Positions 43,201-57,809 of a DNA stretch of 64,000 nt are shown piece by piece. The stretch's first letter is position 1. Every line of letters begins with the position of its first letter. Both the position numbers and the translations under genes were made by a program. The stretch spans positions 26,907,247 through 26,971,246 of the forward strand of contig CM119263.1 in assembly GCA_051294375.1 (NCBI GenBank). Direction: 5' to 3'. The stretch comes from Paraspadella gotoi (lineage: Eukaryota; Animalia; Chaetognatha). The notes beneath the pieces were generated by a model, which saw nothing but the letters and a program-made list of their open reading frames with translations, ran no database searches and had not been told where the DNA came from.

Positions 43201-46200
43201 TCGCCAGTAAATGCGTTCGACTCCGATTGAACGCTCCACAGAAGTGAGAGGGCTATTGTCTCCAAGTCGCGACGAGCACTCGAGACAGTTACGTCGGCAA
43301 CGAGACTCATCATTCTGAAGTAGCAACAAATTTGATACTAGATATAATAAAGGCACCGGATATATACACACGCAGGTTCAGGCTCTAACTTGGGGCTACC
43401 TATATATGCTTTATCAGGACTACCAAATAACTCGGTTTATGATAATAAGAAAAGCCCCACTGAGCACTCTATATTATGGAAACTAAACTTAATTCTCTTT
43501 TGATCGATATCAAAAATTACAGTCCCACAATCAGAGCATGATTTTAATTGCATACTTTTTGCATAACATGTTATCTTTTTCTGGCGCCCGTTCGCCTTTA
43601 TTGAAAATTTTGCAAAATTTTCGGCAAAAACAAGGTTGAAGAAAGTAGTTCTCTTACTATTTTCACGATTTGCAGTTTCTCTGACTGCAATTCCCCCTGT
43701 CAATTCATTGAATAAGCCTATTAGATCCAGAATCGCGTCCTTCCAATCTGCTCCACGCCATCCCGTGATCGCAGTATACCTGGTACCGTCATTTACAAGA
43801 GACGCAGCCGACGTCTTATAGTGGCAGGAATGCTAGTATTCCTAACGCGCTGCGGTCACAAAAAGCATTATGCCGCAGCTTTGTGCGTAATCACAGTCTT
43901 TCAAGCTCGAAAAGGTCATGCGTTAGCGCGCAAATGAGGAGATTCTCATAGAGAGAGTTTTAACAAGCATCGTGTATATTGCGGTATACCATGTATAATG
44001 CGTTTATAGCATCCTATTTCTTTACATATGTACCACATTTTTTCATATAATATCACCTAATCACCTTATCTTCTATTACCAACTCATTATCTCCAACACT
44101 GCCTCCTCTCTCGGACTTTTAAGAGCTTTCATCCCCACAAGACGCTGGATCCTCTTCTCCTTATACCGTCTAATATCGTCTCAGCTAATGTTATTGAAAA
44201 TATATATACAAAAATACTGACTGGTTTTCTTTTCTTTTCATTGTTATTTAAGGAGAATAGACTTCAAACACATTACAAAATACGCGTTTTTTTACTTCAA
44301 TATATACACGACTGGCATCTTTCTTCTTTTTTCTCAGTCATCCCAGACTCTGACGGTCCATTTATCTGCTCGCTCTCGCTGCTTTACTATCCGTTCTGTA
44401 GAAAAACGTCAAAGGAACCTTGTTGTGCCGTAAAGGTCAAATGTGGCTCTCCGAGCATCTCTTCATCAACTTAACTCGTCGGTAATCAAAAAAGATAGGA
44501 AGATTTAAAAACAAATTATACTTCTGAGAGTGAAATTGGCGTTAAAATGATTACGCCTTCTCTCTCTTAGAGCTATATTTAACGGTAAGGTGACTAGATT
44601 AGTGTCAGTAGTGGAAAGAAAGCTGATTTTATTATACTTATTATCGCAATATATTATCTCTTGTCCTCTCTCGATTTTCTGTGACTTGGACAGGTCCTTT
44701 GCGGTGGCTCTCTCAGATCGGTCCTGCCATTCTACTCTCTTACACACAGACTCCTGACATCAGACAGAGATTCCCTGCACAGAGGCTTCAACTCAAGACA
44801 TAACACTTAATGCTCTCATCAATCTGTATGTCGCGCTCCCAGGCTCACTGGCTTGTCTTCCCTATCATTTACATGCGAGTGCGGTGCCCGCCTGCTATAA
44901 CTGTTTCAAAGTTTAGCGGGCGGGCAAACGCCGGCGCGTGATTTCAACTGTATGAGACGCAAATAGCACTCAGGCATTCAAAAGTAGCACGTACGTGAAA
45001 TATATATATAAATCTGATTGAAAGTATTAAAGTGGAGATTTCGATGTCCTCATATAAGATCTCGGCTGTGCTACTCAGATTTTATATCAACCTCTAGCTC
45101 CAGCGTACTGTGGTTAGTGCCGTGATTAGCGGTGCAGTACCAACTATCAATTTATCCGTTCTTCCGGTCTAGACAACAACCTCTCAAGGCGCTGGTGTCT
45201 TTTTCCTCACTGTATGAACGCTTCTTCGAGCAATCGTAATGGATCCCTACACTTCATATTGAGATTTAGGGAAGCCCGCGCATTACGTAGCATCTATGTC
45301 CGGTGAGCGTGATAATCAGCTTGAGGACTGTTGAGAGTATCCTTGATGGAAAAGCTTGCAGGGATCTCTGCTTTAGATACTCTAGCATGAATCATTTCTT
45401 CATGTGTAATTAGGCACTGCCTCAGACAGGCCTTAAAACTTAACAAAGCCTCTTCATCACATCATAATAGTCCCTTTATCTCCTATAACATTTATTTAGG
45501 TAAAATAATAGACACCTAGTTATACAGTGAACTTAATATATTTAAGTAATAAGAAATAAAATTCATCCCGTGTCTCAAAATATAAAGAAGTAGATTTGTC
45601 ATCCTTTATTTTTATAAGCATAAGAAACACTGCTCCCTGATTGGTGTGATACATAACAGCTCTTATTTACAAATTCTGATATTATATATTATTGTTATAG
45701 ATTTAGCAATTTATTTGATATGTCGTATCTGAATCACAATGCGGATCTCAGTCTGTAACTAAGAATATATTTCTAATCATATACTTGTATAAATTTATTT
45801 TTATATCAATCGAAACTAAAAATAGATTGAGATACTGTGCACTTTATATATACCACACATATGCCTACAATTTTCTTTTATAATATAACCTTTGAGCAAC
45901 TTTCTCTCGAAAAATTGTGTTTATAAAGGAAAAAAGGGTTAATAGTATAAGAGAGAAACTAAGGTACACCCTTAAAGAGTGTACGCATAATCGACATTAG
46001 TCGTTATCAAATCGGACGTACGAAGATTTTCAGCTTATCAATAACTACTTTTATACGAAATAATACTCTCGAGCCAATCAATTAAGAACAAACTTTATGT
46101 AAATATAATATAAGTATAGCCAGGAAACACATCTTAGACTCAGCATGATTAATAATAAAGTGTGATCTAATATCTTAGTGATTTCATCTTTCAAACGTGA

Positions 46201-49200
46201 TTTTCTCTGATATGTTATTAATTACTACTGACTTATTTCTCTATCAACATCTTTCATATTAGTCTTACTCTGCAGACTCGTTCGGGCGACATAAGATATG
46301 CCTTTGCTTTATAATAAACATTGTTACTAGATTGACCATATCATGATATCTTAGGAACTATAGTACGAACATACTGTGATATATGGTTTTTGAAGCATTT
46401 TAACATCTGCTACGTCTCGAGCCAATAAAAGAGTGTCTCTCTGATAAGTGTAGTTCAGGTGGTTATTCGTTACAGGTATATTTTAAGAACTGCTTAAAAA
46501 ATTTTTCATTAGTTAAATTATCGAGAGAGCCTGCGGAACTGAAAAAATAAAAATTATAAACAGTCATCCTAAAATAAAGGATAAAATATACTCTTAGTGT
46601 ATCGCGTTTGTTTTTTCTTTCATGTGAACCCATGCGACGAACATTGTAGTCCGATACAACCTAACAGAGAGCAATTATCGATATGTACGGACTCTCTGAT
46701 CTTTTCCACCTATTCTCTATGGTTATTTTGCGCCTCGGGTTCGACGCCTCTCTCTCTCGTTTGCTCCCCAGCACCATTCTCCTGCATCCTCGTGTGTTTA
46801 TGAATAATATATATAATTAATCAAACTTTTCCTCGACATACTGAACTAAATCTCATAAATATACCTTATATACTCTAAACAATAACAATATGTAATTTAT
46901 ATAAATTCTCGTTGTAGGCTCTCAGTTGTAGCGTATGCATTACTCTTACAATATCTCATTAATGGGGCTCATTCTCTCGTAAAAGTGCTCTCTCATTCTT
47001 CGTGTCATCAAACATTCCCACGACAAAATTCCCGAGGCGACAATGCTCTCATCCTAGCTGTCAATCTATTCCTCTCCTGGATTACCCAGAATAATCAGAT
47101 ATCCCATGCATTTTATAGATTTTCGCTACTGACTAAACACAATAAAACAAATTTTATATTTTTCCAAGGGCTATGATTTCATGGTTTTCCTCCCGACGGA
47201 CTCCATCCCGGCGTTCTTTCTGTTTGGCGGGATGTTAAGAACTCACGCGACAACGACAACTCCTGCTGGGATCAGGGTGCGTACATTGACTTCGTGTCTT
47301 TGACGTCGACCACAATTCTCAGGAACTCTCACCCTGGCGGCGATGCAGGGCGGTGACAGATATCTTCTTGATTTAAACTACAGCGGCGTTGATCCTCGCA
47401 ACTCTCTGCTCACCAGGAGATTAGACACATTGTGATATAAATCAAAGTTAACCTAAAGCGGTTCAGAAGGTCGTAAATGAACTTCGAAACGATTTAGACT
47501 GAGAATGACTATTGTAACGATTAAGTGGTGTTCTCCGCTGTGAGTCGACAATAAACTTAGCTTTTGACTTTTCTGTGACACAGTACTCTTTGCCTGATAA
47601 AAGCCGAACTCTAAAGAATTCGATTTATTTCTCAAAAATCTTCTCGTATAAGCCTCTTTTACGGTGCTTTCTTGGACACAATTGTCGGTGTACAGAGGGC
47701 GCTACCCAGCGCTCGACGCCACGCCAACACTCCTCCGTCTCCTCGTGGTCTCTCTTGGACTCGAAACCGCGAAATTTTCGGCCCACCTCATTCCAGCATA
47801 TTGACTACGCTCTTTTGCCCCGATCAGGAACGATACGGGGACTACATTTCACCGAAGTGTCTCTCTCCACTACTGTCTACCAGTGTACGATCGCGGTCTG
47901 TTTTTAAAAATCATTATAAGTCAGTCTTGAAATGAGTCCGCTACTTTTTCATCCAGTACAGTTTAGTATTTACAGGGCGTGGACCCTATATCGCAGACAA
48001 AACTTAACGTCCTTCCTTGTCTGAACGGATTATAGATACAATAATAAACATGTGTGGCAAAAAGTTTTTCTGTGCCCTTTTCTTTTTATATACAATGAAA
48101 ACAAAATAAAATTTTTACAGTAACAAGGCGTCAGCCGTTCGACAAGGACGACTGGCCAAGCTACCAGCTGGACATGCTTTTGTCAAGGTTAACTTTTCTC
48201 TCGTTTTTCTTCGCGCGTGTGTTGCCATACATTAAAAGCCATACTTGCTTACAATTATTTCTTCCTCTTGTCGCCTGCAAGTCCGCTCTCCTCTTTTCCA
48301 TATGAACAAGCATAAATATTACAAAGCATATATACTCCAATCCATGCTGCCTCTCCTCAAAATTAAAAGCCTCACTTCTTTTTTACTTTTTGTAATCTAT
48401 TCTCATCTTTCAACTCCTGGCTACAGTTCATCAATATCTTTTAACGTACATATGTCTTAAATCGTTTCTCTCTAATTCCTTTTTACACGTATTCTCTATC
48501 TACTATTTCTGTACCTCTCTTTCTCTCTTTACGCCATTATTCACACGCACATAGTATTGACCTTGCCTAGAGAATCTAATTTCTAATTATCGTGCCGACA
48601 AGAGATGATTCGAGTAGATAAATTTCTTTTCCGCACTAGTACAAACGTTCGAAGCTTTTAATTAAAAATTTCTGTCACAACATTCACTGCTCGACGTCAA
48701 ATGCACAGTAAATGAACACGCAGTAACATTTAGCACCGTCCCGAGCACAAACTGCCGGATATACACAAGAGAGATCTTCTGTATCTTTTTAAGCAAGCAA
48801 CACTACCTCAAGAGTTTCAATGGGTTGGCTACTCGCTTGCCAAGCACGAGCAAGTCCACTTCCAACCCGACGCCGATTATTACTATAAACTAAGTCACTT
48901 CCAAAAAATGGAGGTGCCGTATTCATGTTATCTAGAACTGGATACAGCGTACACAAACCAACAATACGTACTCATCGAGAACTTTTTCAAACTTCTTCTC
49001 GTATCAAAAGCGCCCGCGGAGAAACGACTACCAAGAGCCTCAATGAGTCTCCGCGCCTTCGCAAGCTGTGCTATAATAGTCAGGAAAAGAGAATCAGATG
49101 CTTCCTTGCAATATATTAAGAAAATCTTACATCAAATAAAAAAACGCCCAATTAGAACGTAACCCTTTAATACTCACTGCGTAAAAGCGCTACGAGAGAG

Positions 49201-49669
49201 TATCCAGTTCGCACCTATTCGGAGTAACTACTAATATTCCGACTCATGATTTAAAAAATCGCAGACAATTAAACGCCCTCTCACGTACCACACCACCCTA
49301 CCCGTAGTCAGAGATACATGGATTTTTTAAAAAGGTGTTGGTGTGTCTGGCTCCCAAGTGATAATGCGAGCCACTCCGAAGCTACCACCTGTGCAGACTG
49401 ATCGCACAGTACTGTTAATCCCACTGCAAGACTCGTATATACGAGCGGCGGCCTGATATAGGCCTCGATTATGCTTCGCAGTGGTATTCTCGGGAGGAGG
49501 TTAATGTTAGCGTGGTTTAGAATACCCATAAGAAAGTTTCTCTCTCTCTCTCTTANNNNNNNNNNNNNNNNNNNNNNNNNGGTTATAAGGGAGGATCCCT
49601 TTCGGGTAAAATCGATTTTTAGTGAGTAGCACGCGATGTAGGCCTTTTCGAAAAAAAAAAAAAGAGAGA

Positions 49670-50905
49670 GATCTGTTCACATGGTTCTATTTTAAAAATA
49701 TTACATTCGGCGAAGGTGAGAAAATATCCAATGGACCAAATCGTAGAGTCAGGTGCGTGTCTCTCTCATCTCTCTCCTTCTCTCCATCCACCCATAAATA
49801 ACTAAATGGAATCTAGAAGAAATCATTCCGATAATCAGCTTCGGAGGCAAACTGTCACAACTTCATAACGACTCTCCGCTGTCATACGAGAACAAATGTC
49901 GGTTATAAGGGAGGATCCCTTTCGGGTAAAATCGGATTTTTAGTGATAGCACGCGATGTAGGCCTTTCGAAAAAAAAAAGAAACCTCAGCGAAAGTTTTT
50001 TAAAAAAGAAGAAGACAATGCCATTGTCAATGGCCCTCTTTTGCAGGAGGTCAAAAGCAGCGCCTCTGCATCGCCAGAGCCCTCCTTCCGCAAACCGATG
50101 ATTCTTCTCCTTGACGAGGCCACTAGTGCTCTCGGTGAATTGACTGGGCTCGTTGGGGTTAATTAATAAATTTGTATACAATGCTAATCTTCTTCTGTCT
50201 CAAAGATCTCAAGAGCGAGAAGTCGTCAAAGCGGCTCTGGACAAAGTGATAGAAGGCAGAACCGTCATCACCATCGCCCATAGGCTTTCGACGATCGTCG
50301 GCGCAAACAAAATAGCAGTCGTGGGTCAGGTAAAGCCCGACGTATTGGTGCCATTGTTCTGTTTACTTTGAAAACCTTTAGTAATTGTAGTATAAGTCAC
50401 TTTTGGTCGGTCGTCGATTCCTGTCGTCGGTCTGTGCACTAACGTTAAAAATGTATATATAATTATAATTCGCATTAATTGGTTGCTCATTTGTTAAGAA
50501 GAAAATACCTCAAATCTAAGTGACTGCGAGCGCCGGCTTCAGGATCATAAAACTATAAACTATAGGATAAGGAATAAAAGACTAATTTGATGCGGTGCAT
50601 TTCATAATAAAGTTTTTTTAGTCATGTCATACTGTGATAAAATGGAAAATACACGTGAAAATTAAGTCACTGCGGCGCAACACATTGGATGAACCGATCT
50701 TGTTTGACAAAAATCGTCTTTTCTGTATTTTTCAGGGTCGAATCCTTGAAATCGGAAACCATAACGAGTTATTGCAATGAAGGGAGTTTATTACGGACTT
50801 CACCGCGCTTCTAAATCTGAGCCCGAGGGCGGCAGGGCGGAACTTAACAGACGAATTAGTCGAGGCTTGATTAAAATGATTTATCACTGTGATGATATCT
50901 TTTAA
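49670..50905 (+). CDS. ABCB1: Second, cleaner copy of the ABCB1-like 3' exons (NBD2 end)
   Basis: [76 protein letters not shown]; colinear with ~38870-40260. Confidence 0.7.
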
Positions 50906-51179
50906 ATAAACGAGAGTTATATATAAACGGATAATCAAATAATAACTAAGTATTGTTGAGACAGCTGAGTTGGTTGTAATGAGGCAATTTAATATTCCCT
51001 CTAATCTGTACTTTTGAAAGTATATTTTTGTTACTTGGTTTAATTTTTGTTATCGGATTATCTATCGGATTGGATCGTGTCAAAATTAGAAAAAAAAAAT
51101 AGGAAAAGAAAAACTAAGCGAAAAAGTAATTTTTCCTCACACCCCCCCCACCAACCCTACCCCCCCCAAAAAAAAATTA

Positions 51180-51758
51180 TTACTTCAACTTTTTCATCGT
51201 TGGCTCCGAAGACGACGACGAAGACAAAGTTCGAAGTTTCTCGAGGGAAGATTCCATCTCCGCCAACAAGGTCGTTGCTCTGAAGTTTTTATAAGCAAAA
51301 TAGGCGCTACAATAAGTGGTAATTATAAAAATAATTTTTCAACCCCCTACAATGAAAAGGAAAGAAAAAAAAAACAGAAGTAAAACTTTATGTTAAACAA
51401 CCTGAGATATGCGTCGTCGTAACGGCCCATTTCTGCGACGCGTTGGAAGTCGTTTTCAAGGCTGGAGTCCANNNNNNNNNNNNNNNNNNNNNNNNNCTTG
51501 TCCGTAGAGATCCTCCATCGCCCTGATTTTTAAAAAGAACCTCTCAAAAAAATTCTTTCTCTTTTGGCGACATGAAAGAAACTCACTTGGTGATCATGGC
51601 GACGTCCTCTTCGAGCTTCTTGCATCCAGAGGACGAAGTGGACTCTTTGACACGGAGGAAAGATTCCTTGACGGCGGAAACTTTGGGTTCGCCCTCCGAC
51701 TTGACGCGCCTCTTCAGATCCTGAAAGACGCGACGGATCGAAGCTCGAATCCAGAAAG
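51180..51758 (-). CDS. 3' exons of an uncharacterised protein convergent with ABCB (noisy copy at ~40555-41130)
   Basis: Spliced exons FWIRASIRRVFQDLKRRVKSEGEPK...EEDVAMITK / AMEDLYGQ..SSLENDFQRVAEMGRYDDAYLR / ATTLLAEMESSLEKLRTL...KKLK*. Confidence 0.55.
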
Positions 51759-51866
51759 CAGACAAAAATACGGTTTAACAGCATATTCTGGTTTTTTAGT
51801 TGTGTTTTATTTTCGAATGCCGTGCGAATTTAAACTAGTGAATAAAAAATTTATCGTTATAACAAT

Positions 51867-52431
51867 TAAAATCTTGAAAGTAGAGTTCCGATAACCGTTA
51901 AAAGTTAACGGTTATTAACGGTTAATTATAATTTTAATTTAACTGTTAATATATTTATTTTAACTGTTAAATTCGGTTAATTTTCAAATACAATTTTTGT
52001 TTTTATTTGTTAGAAAATCTTTGATTTTTTAAAAGAAAAGTTTTTTTTTCCGTACTCTCTTATTCTCCTCTCCCTTTTTCACCATATTTTCCTCCCTCTC
52101 TCTCTTCTCCATTTTTTCAATGTTTTTTTCCCTTTTTCTATTATCAAACCCAATCTTTTTTCTATCCTAATCTCTCTTATTCTTTCTTCCCCTAACTTTA
52201 TACCCTTATTTTTCTTTTTTTTTCTTTCTCTCTTTTCCCCTCCTTCTTTCCCCTCTTTCTTTTCTCTCCTTTTTTTCTGCCCTTCCAGTTTTTTTTTTAC
52301 TTTCTCCCATTTTTTTTTCGTTTTTCCTTACAACTAATTTTATGCATTTACATCTTAGAGACAAGTTTGAAATAATTTGCAATAACGATTTATTTTCAAG
52401 ATGAAAACGTACACGTTTCGGCTTTTTTACA

Positions 52432-52480
<49 letters not shown>

Positions 52481-53611
52481 CAGAGAGAGGGCAAAGTTTC
52501 TCTTTTTCTCTCTCTCTCTCTTTCCCCCCATCTTTTACACAAAATCTGTCTAGTAATTTCACAAACTAAATTGACGCTCAAGATTACAAGAAGGCTTGTA
52601 AAAAAGCCGAAACATCTACGTTTTCATCTTGAAAATAAATTGTTGTTGCCAATTATTTCAAACTCTGTCTCTCATTTCTAATCACAACGAAAGAAAGGAT
52701 TACATAACACAATTCATTTACATCAAAGAATATTTTGAATTATAATATATATGCAAATACATACATTTTCTTACAAATTTTTACATGAAAAACTTTTTAT
52801 TCTATTTTGTTATTAAAAAAATAAATAATATCTTTGTTTTCTCTCCTTTTCTTTCCCTCTTTAGAACGAACAAAGAAGCAAATGAAATAAAACCGAATGA
52901 ATGAAAAAAATTAATAAAAAAATTATTTTAAAAAATTTAAGAATTAATAATAGAAGAAAGGAATCTTTAAAAAGACATTAAGGCTAACTAAAAATATCCT
53001 TCAATGATGATATACTTTTTAATAAAACGAAAAAAATTATTAATCAATAAATCTTTTGATCAATAGCTCAATCAAATAAACCATTCAATCAATAAACTAA
53101 TATTTATATTTATAATTATGGTCATGGTTTATGAAAGACTAACAACTAGAAAAATAATGAGGAAGAGAAATAGAGAAAAAAAAGAGAAGCGAAAGAGAGA
53201 AAGAGAGAGAATGAGAATCTTAATATAAAATTAGAAATTACATTGTGCTTTTTTCTTTTTTGACTTTTTTTATATTTTGTATTATGCTTAAGGCAAAAGA
53301 AAAAACTTGCATGCAAGATTTATCATGATGATATTATTTGTTTAGCTGATAAGCTCAATTATCATGGGTAATTTCGAGATAGTTTTCTCAACACAATTTT
53401 TTCTTTTACTAACTATGTGTACCTCATCTATCTGAAATAGAAGATAAAGAAGATTCAGGAGCCAGAGTTAAAGAGAAAATACCATTAAACTTTTGTTTGT
53501 TTTAAATATTAGTATTTTAAATTTAAAGTTAATATAAAAATTAACCGATTTTAACGGTTAAAGCGAATTTCCTGAAAAATTAACAGTTAACGAAACTGTA
53601 CTTGGAAAGTA
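51867..53611. mobile_element. Non-autonomous TIR DNA transposon with ~8-bp target-site duplication (hAT-like)
   Basis: Imperfect subterminal IRs aagtagagttccgataaccgttaa (51878-51901) and ttaacagttaacgaaactgtactt (53580-53603), with repeated ttaacggttaa/ttaactgttaa motifs. Flanks are ataacaat and ataacgat. The element is absent from the homologous block at ~41255-41310. Confidence 0.65.
52357..52672. repeat. Nested ~77-bp inverted repeat pair enclosing an AG/CT tract
   Basis: 52357-52433 is the reverse complement of ~52595-52672 with few mismatches. Confidence 0.85.
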
Positions 53612-53696
53612 ATAACGATCGTCTACTTCGGTTCGCAAAAAGCTGGCAAAAAGAACCGAAAAAAATCCTTAAAAGGCATAAGGATCGATCCTGCTT

Positions 53697-53910
53697 TCAA
53701 TGGTAACCAAATATTAATGCGATGATAACCAAATATTGATGCGATGATAACCAAATATTGATGCAATGATAACCAAATGATTGATGCGACGATAACCAAA
53801 TGATTAATGCGATAATAACCAAATGATGGATGCGATGATAGTCATTCATTGATGCGATAATAATCATTCATTGATGCGATGATGGTCATTCATTGATGCG
53901 ATGATAGTCA
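53697..53910. repeat. ~22-23 bp tandem repeat (gatgcgatgataaccaaatatt drifting to gatgcgatgatagtcattcatt)
   Basis: About 9 consecutive units with a gradient of variants. Confidence 0.9.
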
Positions 53911-56668
53911 GAGAGAGAGAGAGACAGAGAGAGAGATAGAAAGAGAGACAGAGAGAGACAGAGAAAGCTGGACAGCCGCTGGAAGGCCGCTGTACAGTCA
54001 CTGCAGAACTCCTGAACTCATTTTTAAACGATTCAGAAAAGGCATTATATACTATATCGTGGGAAGATGCGACATTGTTTGCTCAAACTTGTTTTTCATT
54101 TAATAGGCCATTTCTCTTGTTATCTCGACTTACATTTGTCACCGATTTTGTATTAAAAAAAAGCGCGGAATAAATGGCGATAATAAGAGTTTTAGAAGAA
54201 AAAAAATAATCAGAATTTTTATTAAAAAAACCGCGAAAATCTCGGATGTAAATTTGGGATTTTGTATTGAGAAAAAAGCGAGGAATAAATCGCAAAAATA
54301 AAAGTTTTTAGAAGGAAAAAAATAATCAGAGAGAGAGAGAGAGAGAGAGAGAAAGATAGAGAGAAGCTGGACAGCCGCTGGACCGCCGCTGCAGAGCTGA
54401 ACTCGTTTTCTGACAAATCTGAGTCGGGTCAAACTCTTTTCCTTTCTATAAATAAATATTAAAAAAAAAATATTTGGATATAGAGCCATATAAAAAATTT
54501 TTTGTACATTGAAAGTATACTTAAAAATGCATAAATTTTCATTTGAGCATGTTCCCATACTAAATTGGACGTGACGTGACGTAACGCCGACGATAACGAC
54601 GACGACGACTACTACGTCACAAAGGAGCTCAACCGAAACAAAATCGAGCCTGGACCGGCTTCGCCGGCAGGCTCGATAAAAAGATGTAAATTTTAACTGT
54701 TTGAACTCCCAATTACTCCGAGATTACAATTGCCTTTTAAGTTTTACGACTGGCATTCCAAAGGATGAACTTTTGACTGGACGAACAATATTTTTAAAAT
54801 TCAAAAATTCTATTTCATGTTCTTACATTTGATGTTACCCGCATGTTGTCTGATAATTTCAAAGATTAGTTTACATTTGTTTGAAAGTTTATTATATAAA
54901 CCCTATTTAATTTAATTGTCATATTCTAATAATATCAGATAATTATTTAGTTTTTTTTCAAGATCCAACTCACTATGTCAAATAAACGACCTCAACAACG
55001 TTTTGACATAAAAATTGTCATGAAAGTTTTTATAATTACAAACAAAATATTAAAACTAGCAGCTCTTGGTATTTACGTTTTTGGTATGATTGACGCTATT
55101 AATCTGTATTAAATTTAAAGCAAACATATGACGAGCCTTTTTTTATTTTATATTGTCTAAAGCGACACCTCAATTTTGTGTAAATTGTAAGAAGCGAAGA
55201 TTAATCCTTGAAAACAAAAGAACAAAGTCCGGTTTTTTCAATTTGAACAGTTTATTCTATTTCAATATTGTATTCAGAACATAAAGAAACCTTTTCTTTA
55301 AACAAGCCAAACTAAAATGTAATTATGGTTAGTTAAATCTTTTAATTGACTAACATACGTATAACATAATAATAAAAATTCGAATATAAAAGTCGTTCGC
55401 AGTCAATTTATTTTTCGTCACCGCCTGGAGCCTCGAGCCTCCTTCTCGTTTCGGCACAATATCACGTTTTGCGTTTATCGCTGAGCTCAGTCCCCCACAT
55501 CCCATTTCTCCGACTCCTTTCCAAGTCCCCAGCCTACGAATCTGTCTTCCTCCCGAGATTTCTCCGACCCGCTCACATGGCTGTCTCTTCAAATATCCTT
55601 TGCTGCCCCCAACAGCCATCACGTCCTCATTGTCTTCGTGAGAATCTTATCTTGCCCACTGGACTCACGCCAACCCTCTCGCCCCTTCACGTCTATGGCA
55701 TTATCTAGCTCCTTCACTACGTTTCACATTTCATAACCCCTCTCACACTTTTTTTCCCTTCGCATCTTCGCATCTTTTTGTGTATGGAATCTATGGATTT
55801 TTTTTCTCCAGATTTTCACACATTCTATTTCGTTCATCTCGCATTTGTAATTTATTGATCTCTCTCTCTCTGCGTCTCTCTCTCTCTCTCTCTGCTCTCT
55901 CTCTCAGTCTCTCGCTCTCCTCTCTCTCTCTTCGTCCCTCTATAAGAGATAGTCATGATATGGGGTGCGAGAAAGAAAGAGAAAGAGAGAGAAAGAGAAA
56001 AGATACCATAGAAAAGGGTGCGAGAAAGTAGAAAGAGAAAGAAGATACCGAGAAAGAGGTGCCGAATGATGGAAGGCCTTGTTGTGTCACGTAAGGACAA
56101 GAATCAAAAAACGCATGTATCAAATCTCTAAAGGTCTTCCTTTCTCCTTTAAAGGTTTCCTCAACGGTCGACGTGACCCGCTCATTATTTTCGATCGGGC
56201 AGTTATATAGATTTATAATCTCTCGTATTTCGTGTTAAAATGTTGTTCTGTAGGCAGAAATAATTTGTGGTTTCATTTTAAATGAGATGAAGTTAACGAT
56301 ATCAAGTAAATAATGTAATTAACGCGCTTTTGCTTCTTTCTTGCGTCAGTTAATCTTAAATTAGATATTAGTTTCATAAAGACATTATCAGGTACAGAGT
56401 AGCAATAATAGATAAATAATAATAATAATAATTAATTATTAGTTGCCCCCCGTTAAAGTTCTAAGCAATGTGTAAGCTCTGGTGAGTAGAATAAAATCTT
56501 TAAGCATCGTCACGGACAAAAAATATTCATCAATGTACTGAGAATTTTTATTAAGATTTTAGAGTGAAATTTTAAACAATAAATTTTCAATGCTTTTTAG
56601 TATATTTTTTATTTGGTTAAAACTCTTTAAAGGTTGTTAAGTGTCATGCTCATGCAGCGAGTAGTTTG

Positions 56669-57285
56669 ATAAAGAAAAACATCGATTTGGGGAAACGTGC
56701 TAATTTATTTTAGACCATGCATTCAAAGCATTTAGCGTTATTATTCAGGCCAGAGAAAATTGTGGTGAGGTAAAACAAGCAACATCGAGAAGCATTGCGA
56801 TGCCGCGCTTTCATCTGGAAGCGCTGAAATGCAATCTCTACAGCCAACGAAATCAAAAACCAAAGAATTGCTCGCAAAGGCACCTATCTAAGAGTGTGAA
56901 GAAGCTCTTTGGATTCGTCATTTGATTGTGACGGCAGGCAAAAGGGCTCAAGGAAAGACAAAGGAGGCATACGTGGAAAACAAGATTTGCGCATGGCAAG
57001 GCCAATCCCTGGACCACCTACAATCCCGGACGAAGAACAAGGGGGGGAGGGGATGAGGGATTAATGCGCCTTTTTGGTTTGAAAAGTGTTTCTCTCTCGT
57101 GCGTCTGGCTCTTCGTCTCTCTCTGAGTCTCCTCCTCTTCCTCTCACCTCTCTTATTTGTAAAATAATTTTTTTACCGTCACCACAATTTCTCTGGCGCT
57201 TGAAATTAATGAACGCAGCTAAATGGTTTGAATGCAGGTCTAAATAAAAATTAGCACTGTTTCCCAAATCGATGTTTTTCTTTTT
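56669..57285. mobile_element. MITE-like element with ~105-bp TIRs (noisy copy)
   Basis: aaagaaaaacatcgatttgggg...ttgtggtga pairs with tcaccacaa...cccaaatcgatgtttttcttt. Confidence 0.65.
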
Positions 57286-57809
57286 ATCTTTGTTAAAGGT
57301 TAAAATGAGAAAAATTCGAGATTTATGCCAAACAATTGGAGATGTTTTGCGCATCGTTATCGATCGCGGCGCCAGTCAACGCGTCGCGTAATCGTTGCTC
57401 TTTTGTCTCACATTGTTGCGCTTAGATTGTCGGGCCGCCCTCTTCCGCTACGGCATTCTACAAAGGGACTCTCTGTTAAGTTCACCTCGGTAATGCTGGG
57501 GCCACTTCCATTCAAGTGGCCTCTTTTCTTTTCTCTCTCTCTCTCGTGCTCACTCTTTTATTCCTTCTTCCTTTAAACCGTTTCTCCTGGTCTTTTCGTT
57601 GATCTTTCCTTGTTCTCTTTGTTCTCTTGTTCTGTCTATTCTCTTCTCAGCTGTTCTCTTCTCTTTCTTCTCTAAGCCGTTCTCTTTCGCTTTTCTCGTC
57701 TAGCCGTTGCTTGTTCTCTTTCTTTCTGCTTCTCATCCATAACTCTCTCCTCACTCCCGCTCTGCTTCTCTTTCGTCTCGTTCACTATTAATCTACTCCC
57801 TCTAACTCC

